From NCBI RefSeq assembly GCF_018350175.1, contig NC_058368.1:208570001-208634000 (forward strand): a DNA stretch of 64,000 nucleotides. The letters are read 5' to 3'. How positions within the stretch are numbered: the stretch's first letter is position 1; each line of letters begins with the position of its first letter. The position numbers were made by a program, and so were the translations under genes. This document shows positions 13,163 through 26,449 of this stretch, piece by piece. Below the pieces are notes generated by a model. That model ran no database searches, was not told where the DNA came from, and was given only the letters and a program-made list of their open reading frames with translations. The DNA comes from Felis catus (lineage: Eukaryota).

Positions 13163-13205
13163 GCCCATGACCTAGGTCCTGCACAGGCCCATGACCTAGG
13201 TCCTG
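13163..13205. repeat. 19-bp direct repeat (period 24)
   Basis: gcccatgacctaggtcctg at 13163-13181 and 13187-13205. Confidence 0.9.
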
Positions 13206-16200
13206 GCAGTCATACATACCTACCTCATATAAGGGGACCACAAGAAATCCTCCCTGGTGGCAGCAGGAGTTGCAGAAATATTAAGCTCCTGGGACAGTGT
13301 TGAGAGTGGTGCCGATGAGGGCATTCAGTGTCCATTTGGCAGTGTTGGCAGTATCAGCAGTAAAAGCTACAGTGATGCCAGAAGTTTACTCACCCATCCA
13401 CTTCTGGTTGGATGAGAGTCACTCCGAGCTACACTGCCCTAAATCTATGTCTGTAGACTTGCCTGGGGTTCTATGAACAACCTAACAAGACGAACAATTC
13501 ATTTACTGTTGAAATCAGCCAGGCTTAGTTTCTGTTGCTCACATCTAGGAGTCCTGGCTGTTATAGGCTGAAGCCAAGCTCTACAGATACCAGATGGTGA
13601 CTTTGACAGGTTGTGCAAGATTCTTGAACATCTTTTTCCTCAACCATTAAATGAAAGAAATGGTACCCACCTCAGTGCAGTTATGATTATTAATCAAGAT
13701 AATATATATAAAGCATTTGATACATACTTAGTACTGAAAAAAGTTAATTCTATAAAAATTAAAATTTATCAGCCCCTATAAAACATTGATTCAATCTCAT
13801 TTAAAATCATCATTGAATCATACATCATAGATCACAATGGCTAATAAGAAATTTGGGGGTGGAGATAAGCAGCAAGTCTTTACCCTCAATATGTCAAGAA
13901 TAAAGAAAGGCAAGCATAAGATGCTAACTCAGGGGGGAGCAGGGTTGAGATAAGAATTTTTTGTGTGTGTCTTTTTAGGAGTCTGAAGATCTGAGCTTGA
14001 TTGTAAGATAACAAGTAGGAACTAATAAAGAAAGAGCAATTTGGATAGAAAAAGACTGTTGACAAAAGTTCTTTAAGGATCTCAAGGTTCTGGATTAGAA
14101 ATCATCTTTGGTTGTAAAAGTAAAGAAGATAGAGAATTTTACATACCAGGTACTGTAAAACACAAAAAATAAAAGTATTATCCAGGTGGGGCTAAGTTCC
14201 TGTTTAAGTTAAATCTATACATTCTCTGTATCTTGTCATCATAAAATTGAATTGTTTATTGAAAAAGGCAAGAAGCTCTCCTGTGATTTTCTGCTTTTAA
14301 CCACAAAAGTTTTATAGTTATCTCCCATGGAATGTAAACCTTGACTACAAAGCTATGAAAACTGCAAATCTTCCTTTACATAGTTGTAGTAAAAATTATA
14401 TTTGGACACTTTATGTTTATTATAAAAGTGATTTTTGCTAGAATATGTTTGTTGTAGTAAATGGAATTTTACTCACCTAAATTATAATGTACACATCAGT
14501 GTTGTGTTGATGGTGACCAACTCTATGAAGTCACTATCTGCATTCTCTAATTCACTACTATCTATAGGGCAGACCCTTTTGTCTTGCTTGTCTCCTCAAA
14601 AACTTATTTCTAAAAATTAAATTCATGATTCTAATAGATTTGGTTCTAAACACAACAAGAAGCTTCTGTCCCCGTTTTCTTTCCTTTCTCCCTCCCAGAG
14701 AACAGTTTTGGTAGATCAATGGGGATGACAGCCAGACTAAAAGGGATTAGGAGAAAGCAGTGAGGAAATGGAGTCAGGCAATTAGACCCACTTTAAACTG
14801 TTGGAGGTAACTGATAGGGCAGGGAGATAAAGATGCTAACTCAAGAGAGTAGAGAGTTAAGATAAAAACATTTTCTGAGATGGAGAAGACCTGCATTTAT
14901 AAGACAAGGAATGAGCAGGAGCCCATGAAGAAGGAGTAATTGAAAACTCAACAGAGAAAATAAGATTAATGAAACAAAGTCTGGGGAAAATGAGGAAAAT
15001 ACAAGATCAGGGATATATAGTGTGAGACTAGTGTTTGAAAGAGGGAAGGATATTTCTTCCTCTGAGAGAAAAAGAAAAGGAACAGACGATAAAAATTTTA
15101 GAATGGCTATGAAATCTCATGTTCAGATACTTTTAATATTCCATTGAGATACAAAGGGCAGAGATGTTAGTTTGAGGACTGGAGGAAAATAAGAATATTG
15201 TTCAGAGGAGGATTCTATGGAGAAGCAATGAGTTGAATAAAATAATTATTGAGCAGCAGTGAAGACACAAATGAAATGTCAGTGGTGGCAATGAGCAGGT
15301 TCCTTTAAGTTTTCTAGCCACATGTGGGTGTAGAGAATCTCTAACAGTCTTTGAAATATCAGGGACACTGGTCATCCTGTGAAGCTACACAGTATTTGAA
15401 AACACCCAAGAATAAAACAGAGCCACAAAAATCAAAATAACAGAGCTGGGAGTGACACCTAGGAGACAGTGAGGCCCACATGTTGACCTCCACGCAGAGG
15501 GATGGCTGGATGATCCACTGGCAATACTTGATGACAAGAAAGTGTCCCTTAAAACCTTGAAAATGAAGTAACCCTAGCATTTTAAATTGTGAAATCACAA
15601 CACACAATAGATCAGAACAGAAATACCCATTGCCATCTTAATGATCAGAGTGGATGCAGGCCTGCTAGACCAGATAATGTGATCTGATTAAATATATTAA
15701 CATATTTAAAGAAAGTATCAACCAGACTAAGAAACAGAGAGAGCACTGCCCAAGGGAAAAGGTACCTCTGACAGTGTGCTTTGGAGTTTTCTGGTCCCAT
15801 TGGCAAGATCATCCCTAAAATGGAGTGAGGAGTGGTCTTTTTTGCATTCCATTCAATGGTTCAATCATTTGATTTGGGGCCGACCAGGAGACAGTCTTAA
15901 CATAATTTGGCTTCCTTCAATTGTAAGTCTTTGTACAGGGAGACAATATGCAAGTCCTGAGACTTGAGTATCCTGGTGACTGTGATAATTATTTTTTATT
16001 GTAAGCATATTAAATAGTGGCCAGTTTTACATATCAGTTATATGAACTTAACTAACATACCTTCAAAAGCTAGGTCACTGGGTGAGCTGATCATGGGTTT
16101 CTAAATCTTCAAGGCTGAGGCTACATGGAATTCACCAATGTAAGGTCTTCAAGTTTTCATGGGTGACAACAGGCTGGCCTTCCCCTGAGAAGAAGTCATG

Positions 16201-17899
16201 TCTACAAAGCTTTTTCCATTTTGAAACAAAAATCAGTAGATAATGTATTGAACAAGGTGTGGTGTGTTTTTCAGCCTTACTTTCCATGTGGATGGTCTTT
16301 TCATGCCCTCCAGATGGCCCTGGATGGCAGAGTCCCTTACAGTAAAGGGAAAATGCCCTGTGGTTGGCAGGGCAATTACACCGCCAAAATTAGGTCAATA
16401 GCATTGTGGACAGTCTTTAAAGAGCTAGTAGTCAGCAGTTTTTGTGTTTCTTTCTCTCTTTTTCTTTTTCGGTAGAATTCCAGGCTGATGACTCTAGATT
16501 GGACATCTCTATTTCCATAAGAGCATAGTTAGCACTTTGCAGGTAATACCCAAAAGAGGAGCCTTTCCTTCAAAAGGTCCACACAAGCTTGCTCCTTGAA
16601 AGGTCTTCCAGCCAAAAGGTACAAATTTCTCTCCAGGATCTGGCAGGTCTTGTTTACTTAGGGAAAAAAAAAAAGTTTGCCAGGCAGGTGGAATGTCTCA
16701 AGGAAGTGTTTCTGTTTTTAATCTTGAATGCTGGTATCTTTGAAATCTTTGATATCATGGAAGCATCACAGTTTTCTCTAAGTCCTTTGCCCTGATAAAA
16801 GATAAATACAGGATGTTTTGCATTTTCTCAAAATGTGCATCCATCTGGATGTCCTCTCATTTTCTCCACCTCCAACTTTCACGCTGGAGTTTTTATGTGT
16901 ATTGTTGGGTATGGAAGGGAAGGAGATGGAGGGATTATATATTTTAAGATAAAAACTATGATTGATGTATCTGAGATTTTCCTCTATGTAATAAGAAAAG
17001 GAATAAATGAGTACACTCTTGGAAATATTTGGGTTGTGGGTAGCCAATGACAAAGTTGGCTGGGATGAGCCAGGCAAGGAGTGGAGATTAGACAGGAGTG
17101 TATGAGGCACATCAAGAGCTATATTACATGGAAAGGTGGAGACTGAGAGACCCACTATTCTCAAGAGAGAGTCAATGGAAATTAGACTTCAGAGAAACAA
17201 GAAGAATGCCTGGACCAAAGGACATGACCACTTGAGGGGATATGGAATAGTCAGAAAGCTAGACATGTCAGGTCAGAAATGTCCCTGGGCTTAGCTTTGA
17301 AGAAATGGTAAAACCAATAAGAAACATGGAATCCAGTGCAAAGTCTGATCTGGGCTCTTCTGTGTAGAGAAAGCCTGTTTTTCTTAAGTAGATCTACATG
17401 ATCAAAGATCGTGTAACCCTTTGATAAGACAAACATAGCAAAGTATGGCAAGTTCATGAATCAAGACAATAAGAAGAAATTTTAAATTAAAAAAAATTTA
17501 GAAATATTTTTGTTGTCAGTAAAGATTGGACCCAGGGACAAGAGCAGGGCAGGGGTATTGGGTAGGGTTTGTGGTAGACGATAGAGTTTATGGTTCCTGC
17601 CTCCACCCTACTGTTTCTGAATCTTTATAAAACCTTTGGGATCTTTCTGATCCCACTGGTGCTGTTGTTATTCAGGAGAGTGAGGATCCTTGCAGGAAGC
17701 ACTCCAGTCCATGCCAGGTTAGGAGCCAAACTGTACTCCAGCATTTACCAACAAAACGTCTTGTTGATGATCACATTAGGCCTCTACAGTCCAGAGTTCT
17801 ATTAATCTTATTAACACTCGATGTTCCATGGGTGCAGCATAAGGTTACAAGCTAGACTGCATATACTTGGACTCTGGTTCCTGCACTGTGACACTTAAA

Positions 17900-18300
17900 A
17901 TGACTAATACACAAGTAGCTTAAATAGTAAAGAAGTCAGAAAGTGAGGGAGTTCCAGGATTGTTTCTGCAACTGAATGATGTGGTTGGAAACCTGGGTTC
18001 TTTTTAGTTTTCCATCCTTTCCAACGTGTTAGATTGCTGTTCTAGGCTTGTTGCCTCATGGTCACAAGATGGCTGCTACTGCTCAGTGTCTACTTTTAAT
18101 GATATAGTGTCCAAAGCAGATAGGAGGAAAAGAAAAGGCCTCTGTCTCATTGACAGCTTCTTTCTACTCAGAAAGGAAACTGTTTCTCAAAACTGTTCCC
18201 CTCCTTACTCCCCCTCCCACAAAGTTGACCTCCCTATACATCTGCCAGAACTAATCACCCTAACTGCAAAAAATTTTGAAAAGTGAACAGACATGATTTG
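17900..18300 (-). mobile_element. MLT1 (MaLR) LTR remnant
   Basis: gcctcatggtcacaagatggctgc is a hallmark of antisense old MLT1. Confidence 0.65.
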
Positions 18301-18369
18301 GAACACACACGATTCTGTTGTGGGAAGCAGAGTTTTCATTTAAAGAAAAGAGAAGAAACGACAGGCAAT

Positions 18370-18900
18370 TATATCTGTTATCTATTGCTACAACAATGCT
18401 GCATAACAAATCACCTTAAAACTCAGTGGCCCAAAACAATAATTTACTATTTTTCATTAATTTATGGGTTATCTGGTTAGTTCTGTTGATCAGAGCCAGG
18501 GTTTGCCAATCTTGGCTGGGCTTGCTCATGTGTCTGCAGTCAGTAGGTTGGTGGGTTGGCTAGGGGCTGGCCATTCTAGAATGGCCTCAGCTAGGATGAC
18601 TCATCTCAGCTCCATTACCTTCTCATCCTCCAGTAGACTATCTATTCCAGGCTTGTTCCCATGGTGGAATCAGGGGCTCAACAGAGAAAGCAGAAGCACA
18701 CAAGTCCTCTTGAGGCCTGGTTACCACGTGCAGCCACTTCTACCATATTTATTGGCCAAAGAGAGTCATAAGGCCAGTCTCAATTCAAGGGGAGGAGAAA
18801 TAGACGTTGCCCCTCTATGGGAAAAGCAACAGTTAGGCTGCAAGGGATGTGGATAAAGGTGAGGAAGAACTGGGGCCATTTCCGCAGTCAATCTATCACA
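18370..18900 (-). mobile_element. MLT1 (F/G/H-like) solo LTR
   Basis: gttatctattgct...gcataacaaatcaccttaaaactcagtggc through ggggccatt...aatctatcaca. Confidence 0.8.
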
Positions 18901-18904
18901 GCAA

Positions 18905-19035
18905 TCATACTTGCTGTATGCACTTAGTAGATATATGACCATGGACAAGTTATTTAAGTTCTGAGCTTCAATTTCTGCATTTGCAAAATGTGGATAATAA
19001 TCAAATCTAACTCAGAACTTTGTTATGAAGGTTAT
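18905..19035 (+). mobile_element. MIR remnant
   Basis: tgaccatggacaagttatttaagttctgagcttcaatttctgcatttgcaaaatg. Confidence 0.7.
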
Positions 19036-19699
19036 ATATGTATCAGTCTATGCCAAAGAGATTACAAGAATGTCTTCATTTGGTAAATTACCAGGTACTA
19101 ACCTATCTTAGGTCTCATAATTACTGCTTAACAACTGACCATAGCAGCCTTAGTCTCAACTATCTTGTGGATAAAGTCATAACTCCCTAAGAACTCTGAT
19201 GCCCAGGACAAAGAGTGTGAATGTCACCCTCACATTTCCTCAAATGTACTTTGTAATTTGTGATACTGCTCACAGATTGGTCTCAGTGACAGTGTTGTTC
19301 ATAGACTGTCAGCATATGAATGTCACTAATATTTAAATTACAAACTCTGTTTTGAAGTAATTATTTCACATTTTTTGTACCCTGTAAATTTGGAGGTACC
19401 CAGGGGTAAGGCCCAGTCAGTCTGGCCCAAGTTGCTACACTGCCTTCAGGGTGTGCTACATGGAGGGGGTGGGGAAAAGAGGGGGGAAGAACATTGGCTG
19501 GGAGCACAGCTATTGGGCAGGAGCCCTAACCAGAGGGCTGGGTTAACTCAGGCCAGTGTGGCTATCTACTAAGCTCTCTATTCCTTTAGGGCCAGATAAA
19601 TGAGGAAGCAGATTAATCCAGCATCCAAGTGTGAAACAAACTCATTTGACCTTGACCAATGGTAAGAGTACATAGCCTTTGCAGTTTTACAGAACTCAA

Positions 19700-19948
19700 T
19701 ACTCACATACAAATACATATGTATACACATCTACATTAGCCATACAACACACAAGTGTATGTACATGTATGAAACGGAAACAAAAGGTTTCTGAAACCAT
19801 GCTTACCTTTTGTATATGTAATGTCCTCTGGTATTTCTTCTTTGATTGCTTGCTTTTTATTTGTATTTTTATTTTTTTAAATACTGCACTTGAACAATTA
19901 AGTTGGTTGGGAAACATTATTTGAACAACTCTTTTGAAAAACACTGTC
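19700..19948. mobile_element. hAT-Charlie-type DNA transposon remnant
   Basis: Ends in tttgaaaaacactg. Similar to the element at 56620-56793. Confidence 0.4.
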
Positions 19949-20052
19949 TTATGTGGCATAATGTAAGAAGCACTGGGCAAAATCTCCCTTTCCCAGAAGT
20001 TTTCTCTATTTAAAGACTTACCAAGGGGGAAGTGTCAGAAGTTTCTGTAGCT

Positions 20053-20312
20053 GAAGCAGTATTGCACAGTGGTTAAGAGCAAGGAGTTTGTAGGGAAAAT
20101 GCTCAGGTTCAAAATCTGTCTTGGCTACTCGTTAATGATATGACCCCAGCAGAGTTTTTTAATCCCTGGAGCTTTGGTTTCCCACCTGAAAACAACAGGG
20201 ATGATATTACCCCTTCATTGCTGCTGTGAAGATAAAATGAAGTCACCTGGAATAGCACCCAACACAAAGTGAATTAAATAAGAATTAGATAAATGTTGTC
20301 TATTACTATTCT
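20053..20312 (+). mobile_element. MIR SINE, near full length
   Basis: cacagtggttaagagc...ggttcaaaatc...ggtttcccacctgaaa...tattactatt. Confidence 0.8.
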
Positions 20313-21009
20313 TTTAGACGGTGTTGGTGTTGATCCTTAACCCTCTGGTAAAGCTATTTGGTACAACTTTTTTCTAGTGAAGAACTAGCTGGCAGGGTGG
20401 TGCATGCCTTGGTACAGAAAGGTTAGCACAGCCCTGGATGGGACCAGCAGGGGAGGGACACTGAGGTAGGGGTCCGGTGGGGGGAGGCGGGTGGGAGAGG
20501 AAAATTTCTACCAGCCAGGAGAGGTACTGAGGAAAGAAGTGGGTAGACACTGGCAACTCCTATACAGATGGGCCTAGGTCTTTGATCTTGTGGGTGACTG
20601 AAAAAGTTTTTTGTAGGTCTCCATGAAGTAGATGTGCAAGTGAGGCTCTACGGTGTATGTGACTGAACTTTGAACAAGCACATTAGAGCCCACACCTCAG
20701 TGCTGACGTTTGTGCAAATGAGAAAGAGTGAGCTCTCTGGGAAAGGCAACCCTGCCCAGGGCACATAGTCTAATGAGCAAACTGGGTAGGTTTTAGCCTC
20801 CTCCACCAGCTGCCCTTGTATACTGCACAGACGGCTCAGCATCCTCAGTGGCCCTCCTGGAACTCTACTAATTCAAAGTTACCCTTGTTCAGGATGTCTC
20901 TTCCAGGGACACCTTCAAACTCTGGAGAGCGTTCATTTACTATTCCCAGTAGTAGCAAGTCCTCAACTGTTCAAGCAAAATTTAATGTGGGAAACGGTCA
21001 AAATTATTT

Positions 21010-21410
21010 TGATCCCAGAGGTGGCAGCAATGAAAATGCGTCTCTCATATGTCCTGCTGCTGGGAGCATAACTGACTGATGGCCCCAGCTGCTGCCCCTT
21101 GAGATCTACCACACTGCTGCCATGCAACTTCTGGACCATGACTAAGCATGGTGTGAAATAAAAGGTAGGCCCATTCCAGCCAGACATGGGACTCAAGGTC
21201 TCCCCGTCAGCCTAACCGAATGCTTCTTAGAACTTGGCTGTAGTCTGATATTCTTCCCAGCCAGGCCTTTTTCCTTCCCTCTCTCCTTCCACAGGTGTCA
21301 GACCTGCAATTCAGTCTGAAGGTTCTTCCTGTCTTTCCTGCATCCTCCTTTTCCTTGCACATCTACTACCTTCTTAGCATCTGATTCTCAGCAGGTCCAG
21401 ACTATGGTAC
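21010..21410 (+). mobile_element. LTR16-like ERVL LTR
   Basis: ctgggagcataactgactgatggccccagctgctg and ccacaggtgtcagacctgca motifs recalled from the LTR16 family. Confidence 0.65.
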
Positions 21411-22109
21411 CAGGTGCTGTGAAAAAGAGGGAGGTGGCCAATCTGTTCAATACATATTTAGGGCAAATGCTAGAAGTAGCTATAAGATAAGATGAAGTTT
21501 CGTGTGTAACTGATAAAAAGAGCTCCATGAATACTGATTACACTATTGAATGAGTAAATGGTTCTGAAATAAAATAATCCCATCCTCTATAGTTTGGCCT
21601 AAATATGTACTTGTTCAGGAGCAGAAGGTGGATCTCCAAGTTATTCTTGGGAATGCCCAAAGAGATTCCTCACATGTGCCTGTCTTGTTCACATCCTGCT
21701 CTGGCTCCCACTTCTTCACACTCGCTGCAAAGCCACTGGGAAAAGGCCCACAACTCTCACCGCCTATCCTGAGAAAACCAAGACCCAACCGTGCCCTAGA
21801 TGGTCCAAACCTTCTCATTCCTCTTGAACCTGAATAGGGCTGAGCCATATAAAGAGGTCAGGCGAGAAGGTAGGGAAGGTTGCCTCCCTGTCTGACTCCA
21901 TGCCATGGTTTTTTACTTGACTTACCTGTACACATCTCTTGTGGCTAAAGAAGGGAAGTTTCATCAGATTCTCCTACTCACTCCTTTAAGTCACAAGAAG
22001 TTCAAAATCAGCCAGCCAAAAATCTCCCATCCAAACTCCCATCCAAACTCCCTTGGCCCTCTCTAGGTAACAGACGATAAAACCAAAAATGCAATGAAAA
22101 GGAAATGAT

Positions 22110-22790
22110 GCATTAACTTTATTTTCTTATTTTCTGTATTCTTGATGTTCTGCATCTGGCATCATAGAGGCCTTGCCTATCCTGGAGAAACTATCCCTCC
22201 CAGGGCTAGATAATTCCCAGAGATAGCAAATAACTCCTCTGAAAACATGTCTTTCACCCAGTGTGTCCAATTTTTTGTCTCTAAAATAAAGACAACTGTG
22301 ATAGAATTAAGTCAATTGAGGTGTACATGAGATATTTTATAAACAAAAGAGGGCTTTTCAAATGTAACAAACAAACCAATTCAGAGTCCATACCTACCAA
22401 CTAATTCCTTTACTGGGCTCTTGCAGGCTGAGCCACTCTCCCCCTGCCCTAATCACTGTAGGGCCAGCTGCCTGGCAATGAAGGACAATCCCTATATCCC
22501 AGAGCCTGCTGAAATTATTCAAAGTAGCCAATCTTAAACATGCCTAGCCTGCTTGCCCAGGCTTGACCATTCCTTCACACAACAAAACACAATAAAGGCT
22601 CTTACCCGTGCTTCCTCTTCATTCCTTCTGTCTTCTGAATGACCATGGTACTCTCCCATGTGGTCCCCTAAGGCATGGCATGCCCCCTCCTCTTGGAACT
22701 GTGAGTGACAAACTATCTTTTCAGTGGTCATCATCTCCTGATCTGTTGCCCTCACCATATCTGACTAATAAGAAAACCTACATTTTAAAA
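22110..22790 (+). mobile_element. MER74-like ERVL solo LTR
   Basis: ccctcccagggctagataattcccagagatagcaaa...cacaataaaggctctt...aaaacctacattttaaaa matches the recalled MER74 consensus. Carries a 104-bp internal insert. Confidence 0.75.
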
Positions 22791-23114
22791 GAAAGGGATA
22801 TGGGGAAGTTTCAGTATGAGAGCATCTATACTAGCAATACCCAACCTCCAATTTTTTTTTTGTTGTATTTGAATAGCCCTCTTTTGTTTACAAAATATCT
22901 CATGTACATCTTCTTTCAGTTGTATAAATTATATCATCAATATTTCTTCATTTTAGAGATGAAATTTGGAGATATTTGACCAACGGCAACATTACTGAAA
23001 GAAATACATACTTTCTATGAGGCTGTGTCTGAAGTACAGGGACAGAATGCAGAGCACAGGCTGTGGTGTGGTTTTAAAGAAGTCTTAAAACATACACCAG
23101 TAAAAACAGTCACC

Positions 23115-23250
23115 ACCTCTAATACTTCCTGAGCACATCCTATGTGCCAGGCACCAATGTAGGTTATCTTCATAGATTAACTCATCTAAGCCTCATGTCA
23201 ATGCTGAGGCTGATACACAAGGTACCTACCATTATTGTCCCTGTTGAAAA
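23115..23250 (-). mobile_element. MIR remnant
   Basis: ctgagcacatcctatgtgccaggcac...ttaactcatctaagcctca. Confidence 0.7.
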
Positions 23251-23940
23251 GACAATCTGTAATTAACAGGTTGAAAATTTTATTTCACTCATACGGTGTT
23301 AAGACTGCAAAGAACTTTAGAGATCATCCCTTCCCATTTTACAGATGAAATAAATATGTTTATATATTCTACTCCACTTGGAGGTTTTGCTATTTTTTAG
23401 CACAGTCCCCAAATAAGGCATATGTACCCTAATTTTGCTAATAGTAAGTTCTGAATCCTGGGACCTCTAGCCTAGCTATGACATAAAGGGGAAGTGACAC
23501 CTACTATAATAATCTCAAGCCCTATAATCCATCACACATATTCTGAAAGCACTAAAGGGAAACATGTTAAAATAACCAAACACACCGAGTATATATCACA
23601 AGGCTTGCCTAAATATTTCCCATTTATGCTATTTTGAGAATTGGCTTCTAGCCCAGTTCCGACAACAGTGTTCAAGATTAAGTGGAAGGCCATGTAAGCA
23701 TGGTAATTGAAAATACAGTTTCCCCCCCAAAGGGCTATTAGTTATGAGTTTACTTTCTTGTATGTGTGAGATCCCCTTTTGAGCATTTATGAAATATGGA
23801 TTCTTCAATTGTCTTACTTACTGGAAAAAATATGTGTCCTATTAGGTTTCTAGAGGACAATGGTATGTCAACTCTAATCAGCTTTCCCTCAGAAGATTCT
23901 GCAGAAGTTGGGCCCAGGAGCCCCTCCTTAGACTCCCTCC

Positions 23941-24180
23941 CATAGCAACCGCCTCACTCTTGGCAAAGGCACACTTTGCTCTACTCAACCGAGGTGACGT
24001 CAGTCACGTTAATAAGCTAAGGGTCCTAGACAACAACAGTCACCCCAGAACCAACCTAAAGCCAGCTTGGGGGCAGTGGAAGCTCAGTTCCTGGACACAA
24101 TCCCATCGTGCTTTTAGAATAGAGCCCTTGGCCACACAACTCCATCTTTTGGGATCCAATCCATTGGCCAATGACAACCT
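23941..24180. promoter_or_regulatory. Candidate regulatory cluster (CRE, RFX half-sites, CCAAT boxes)
   Basis: CATAGCAAC 23941-23949, TGACGTCA 23995-24002, CCAAT 24156-24160 and palindromic CATTGGCCAATG 24162-24173, all in apparently unique sequence. Motif evidence only. Confidence 0.35.
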
Positions 24181-26388
24181 GGTGCATTCATTTGGCTGGG
24201 AGGTCCTGAGTAAGAGAGTAATCAAATTTCAATGAGTTGGATGAGCCCTGTCTTCCTTCCCACTCCTCCATGGTTCTGTACCAGTTCTAAACTTAAAGGA
24301 AAGGAGAATATTTGGATATAATATTTTCCAACACTGAACAGCTGGCTTAGATCTATTAAATTGCAGCTTTAAATTAATACACTCTATACTTCCTCTGTAA
24401 ATCAAGAAAAACAACAATGTACCAAAGAACTGGAAAGAAGGTTTCTGAGTTCTTTTAAATTGTGCCCAAAGATTTCTAATTCTAACTTTGAAAAAGGAAA
24501 GGATCTTGGTCTAAAGTCACTGAATGTGTATGCCAAGCAAATTCATTAGATTCTTTGGCATAATATTTGTGCTTTTGATTCTCCCAATTAGAATTATTTA
24601 CTCTCCTGCATCAAGTAAAGTTATAACTTTGATTTCAATCTGTCACCATTCCATAACCCCATCAGAAGCATTATATCCTTTTTTGTCAGAATTCAATGTG
24701 CCTTCATGACTATGGGGTAAGTAACTAATCCAACTAGTTATTCTCCTAGGTGTTCACTTCATTATTTTATCCACTTACTGGTTAGGTCAGAAACATAACA
24801 ATATGTCAGTGGTCAGACAGACTCTGTCTGAACTCTGATCTGAATTTAGAAGTTTAGGGGCTTCAAAATGAGGAAAATTCCAGGTAGACCCAGAAAACAC
24901 CATTTATTAAGTTCCTCAAAGGCTGTGTGTGTCTAAAAGAGATCATCACAAAAACTGCTTTGCAGAAAATTGAATCAAGCAGCATGCCAACAATACTTCG
25001 CTACAGCCCAACTGCATTCTCAGCACTAAGGTCCATACTAACTAGGAACAATACCGGAAAACAGGGAGTCAGTCACTCTTCATGGTGAACTTTTTTCCAC
25101 TTTGTTTTGCTTTGGTTTTTAAATTATACAGACATGGCCAGAATTTGAACCTGCCCTGCTGGCTCAAACCATGAATACTAACTACCTTAATTGGGAAGAT
25201 ATGCCAGATCCCAGATCCACGTTCTCTATCTGCTTCTACTCCAAGAAAAGACTGTGCTTCCTTACAGTAAGTGACCCAACACAATTTGGCAATGACTTTT
25301 CCTGCACTTTCTGGCAGGGAATATGGAAAATAATATATATGGAAAATGTATGTGTGTATATAGGGTATGTATGTGTGTGTCTGTAATGGTTTGTTTTCTC
25401 AAATGACTTTTCTATCTTTGAGCTTGCAGGATAAAGGGATACTAACCATTCCAGCTCTATTGATTTGCTAGGTTCTAGGATTCCTCAACAAATTGGGGCT
25501 TTAAGGCCTATCTCCAACAAACACTTTTTTTTTTTTTTTTTTGGTTATTCTCCCAATGAGGTTCAAAGCAATAAAACTGAATAGGAACACGTCCTTGAAA
25601 GAACAATTTGCTCTTTTACTCTTAATTCTATAATCATTGAGAAAAGGGGTGTGGTGAATGGACACTAAAGGAATGTTTTGGCCTAAAAATGAGAAAACAG
25701 AGAGAAGGAAACAGAATACTGATCTGGAAGCAGATTTAGATGAGGATTAGCAGCTACCCTGTCTCCTTTGATAAAAGGGCTTAACTAACAGCAAGAGGAA
25801 TTGAGGATATATCTGAGGAAACACTTCCTGACCCTTATAAGCCCTGGCAATGCCTTACCAAAAGGGATTACTCAGTGTACCTCTGGATCTTTGTTTTGAT
25901 GTGATGCATGTGATGTTGTTTTTGTAAATTTGGTGTTTTATTGTTATTCATACTAAGTTATAGAAGTTTTAAACTTTTATATTTTTTCTTCATTACTGAA
26001 GTAACTCATGTTTATTGTAGAAAAAAAGTGGGAAATATTGGTAACCATGCGAAAAAAATTACCTGTAATTCTACCACCCAGAGATAAGCACTGTTATCAT
26101 TCTGGGACATATCTTTTCAGACATTTTTTTTCCAGGACATTGGTTAAGTAAATATTGGTACAGTTATCAAATGCAGCTATTAAGAATGATACACCCATAA
26201 TCTACCCACCTTGGACCTTGGCCTCCATGTTTATCCAAAATCTGCCATTTGGTTTCATCTCTGGCCTCGGCCTTGGCAAGCAAAAGAGCTGAATGCCCAC
26301 TTCATCACCATCTAGCAACCATGAACTCATGCATGTCCAGTTATTTTATGGTGGAACAGATCACCATCACATCTAGTCAGCGATAATA

Positions 26389-26449
26389 TCAATAACTTGA
26401 ATTCAAGTTATTGAATTCAGATTCAAGTTGAATTCAGATTTCAAGTTGA
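26389..26449. repeat. 26-bp perfect palindrome plus 17/18-bp tandem repeat
   Basis: tcaataacttgaattcaagttattga (26389-26414), then ttgaattcagattcaag and ttgaattcagatttcaag. Confidence 0.92.

Noticed and set aside
22024..22052. 12-bp tandem duplication ctcccatccaaa
   Set aside because: Ordinary slippage duplication.
26190..26385. GC-richer patch whose minus strand has a faint AKAEAR-like, RPL29-reminiscent stretch
   Set aside because: The similarity is limited to a few low-complexity codons, needs a frameshift, and the flanks do not match. No pseudogene call is justified.
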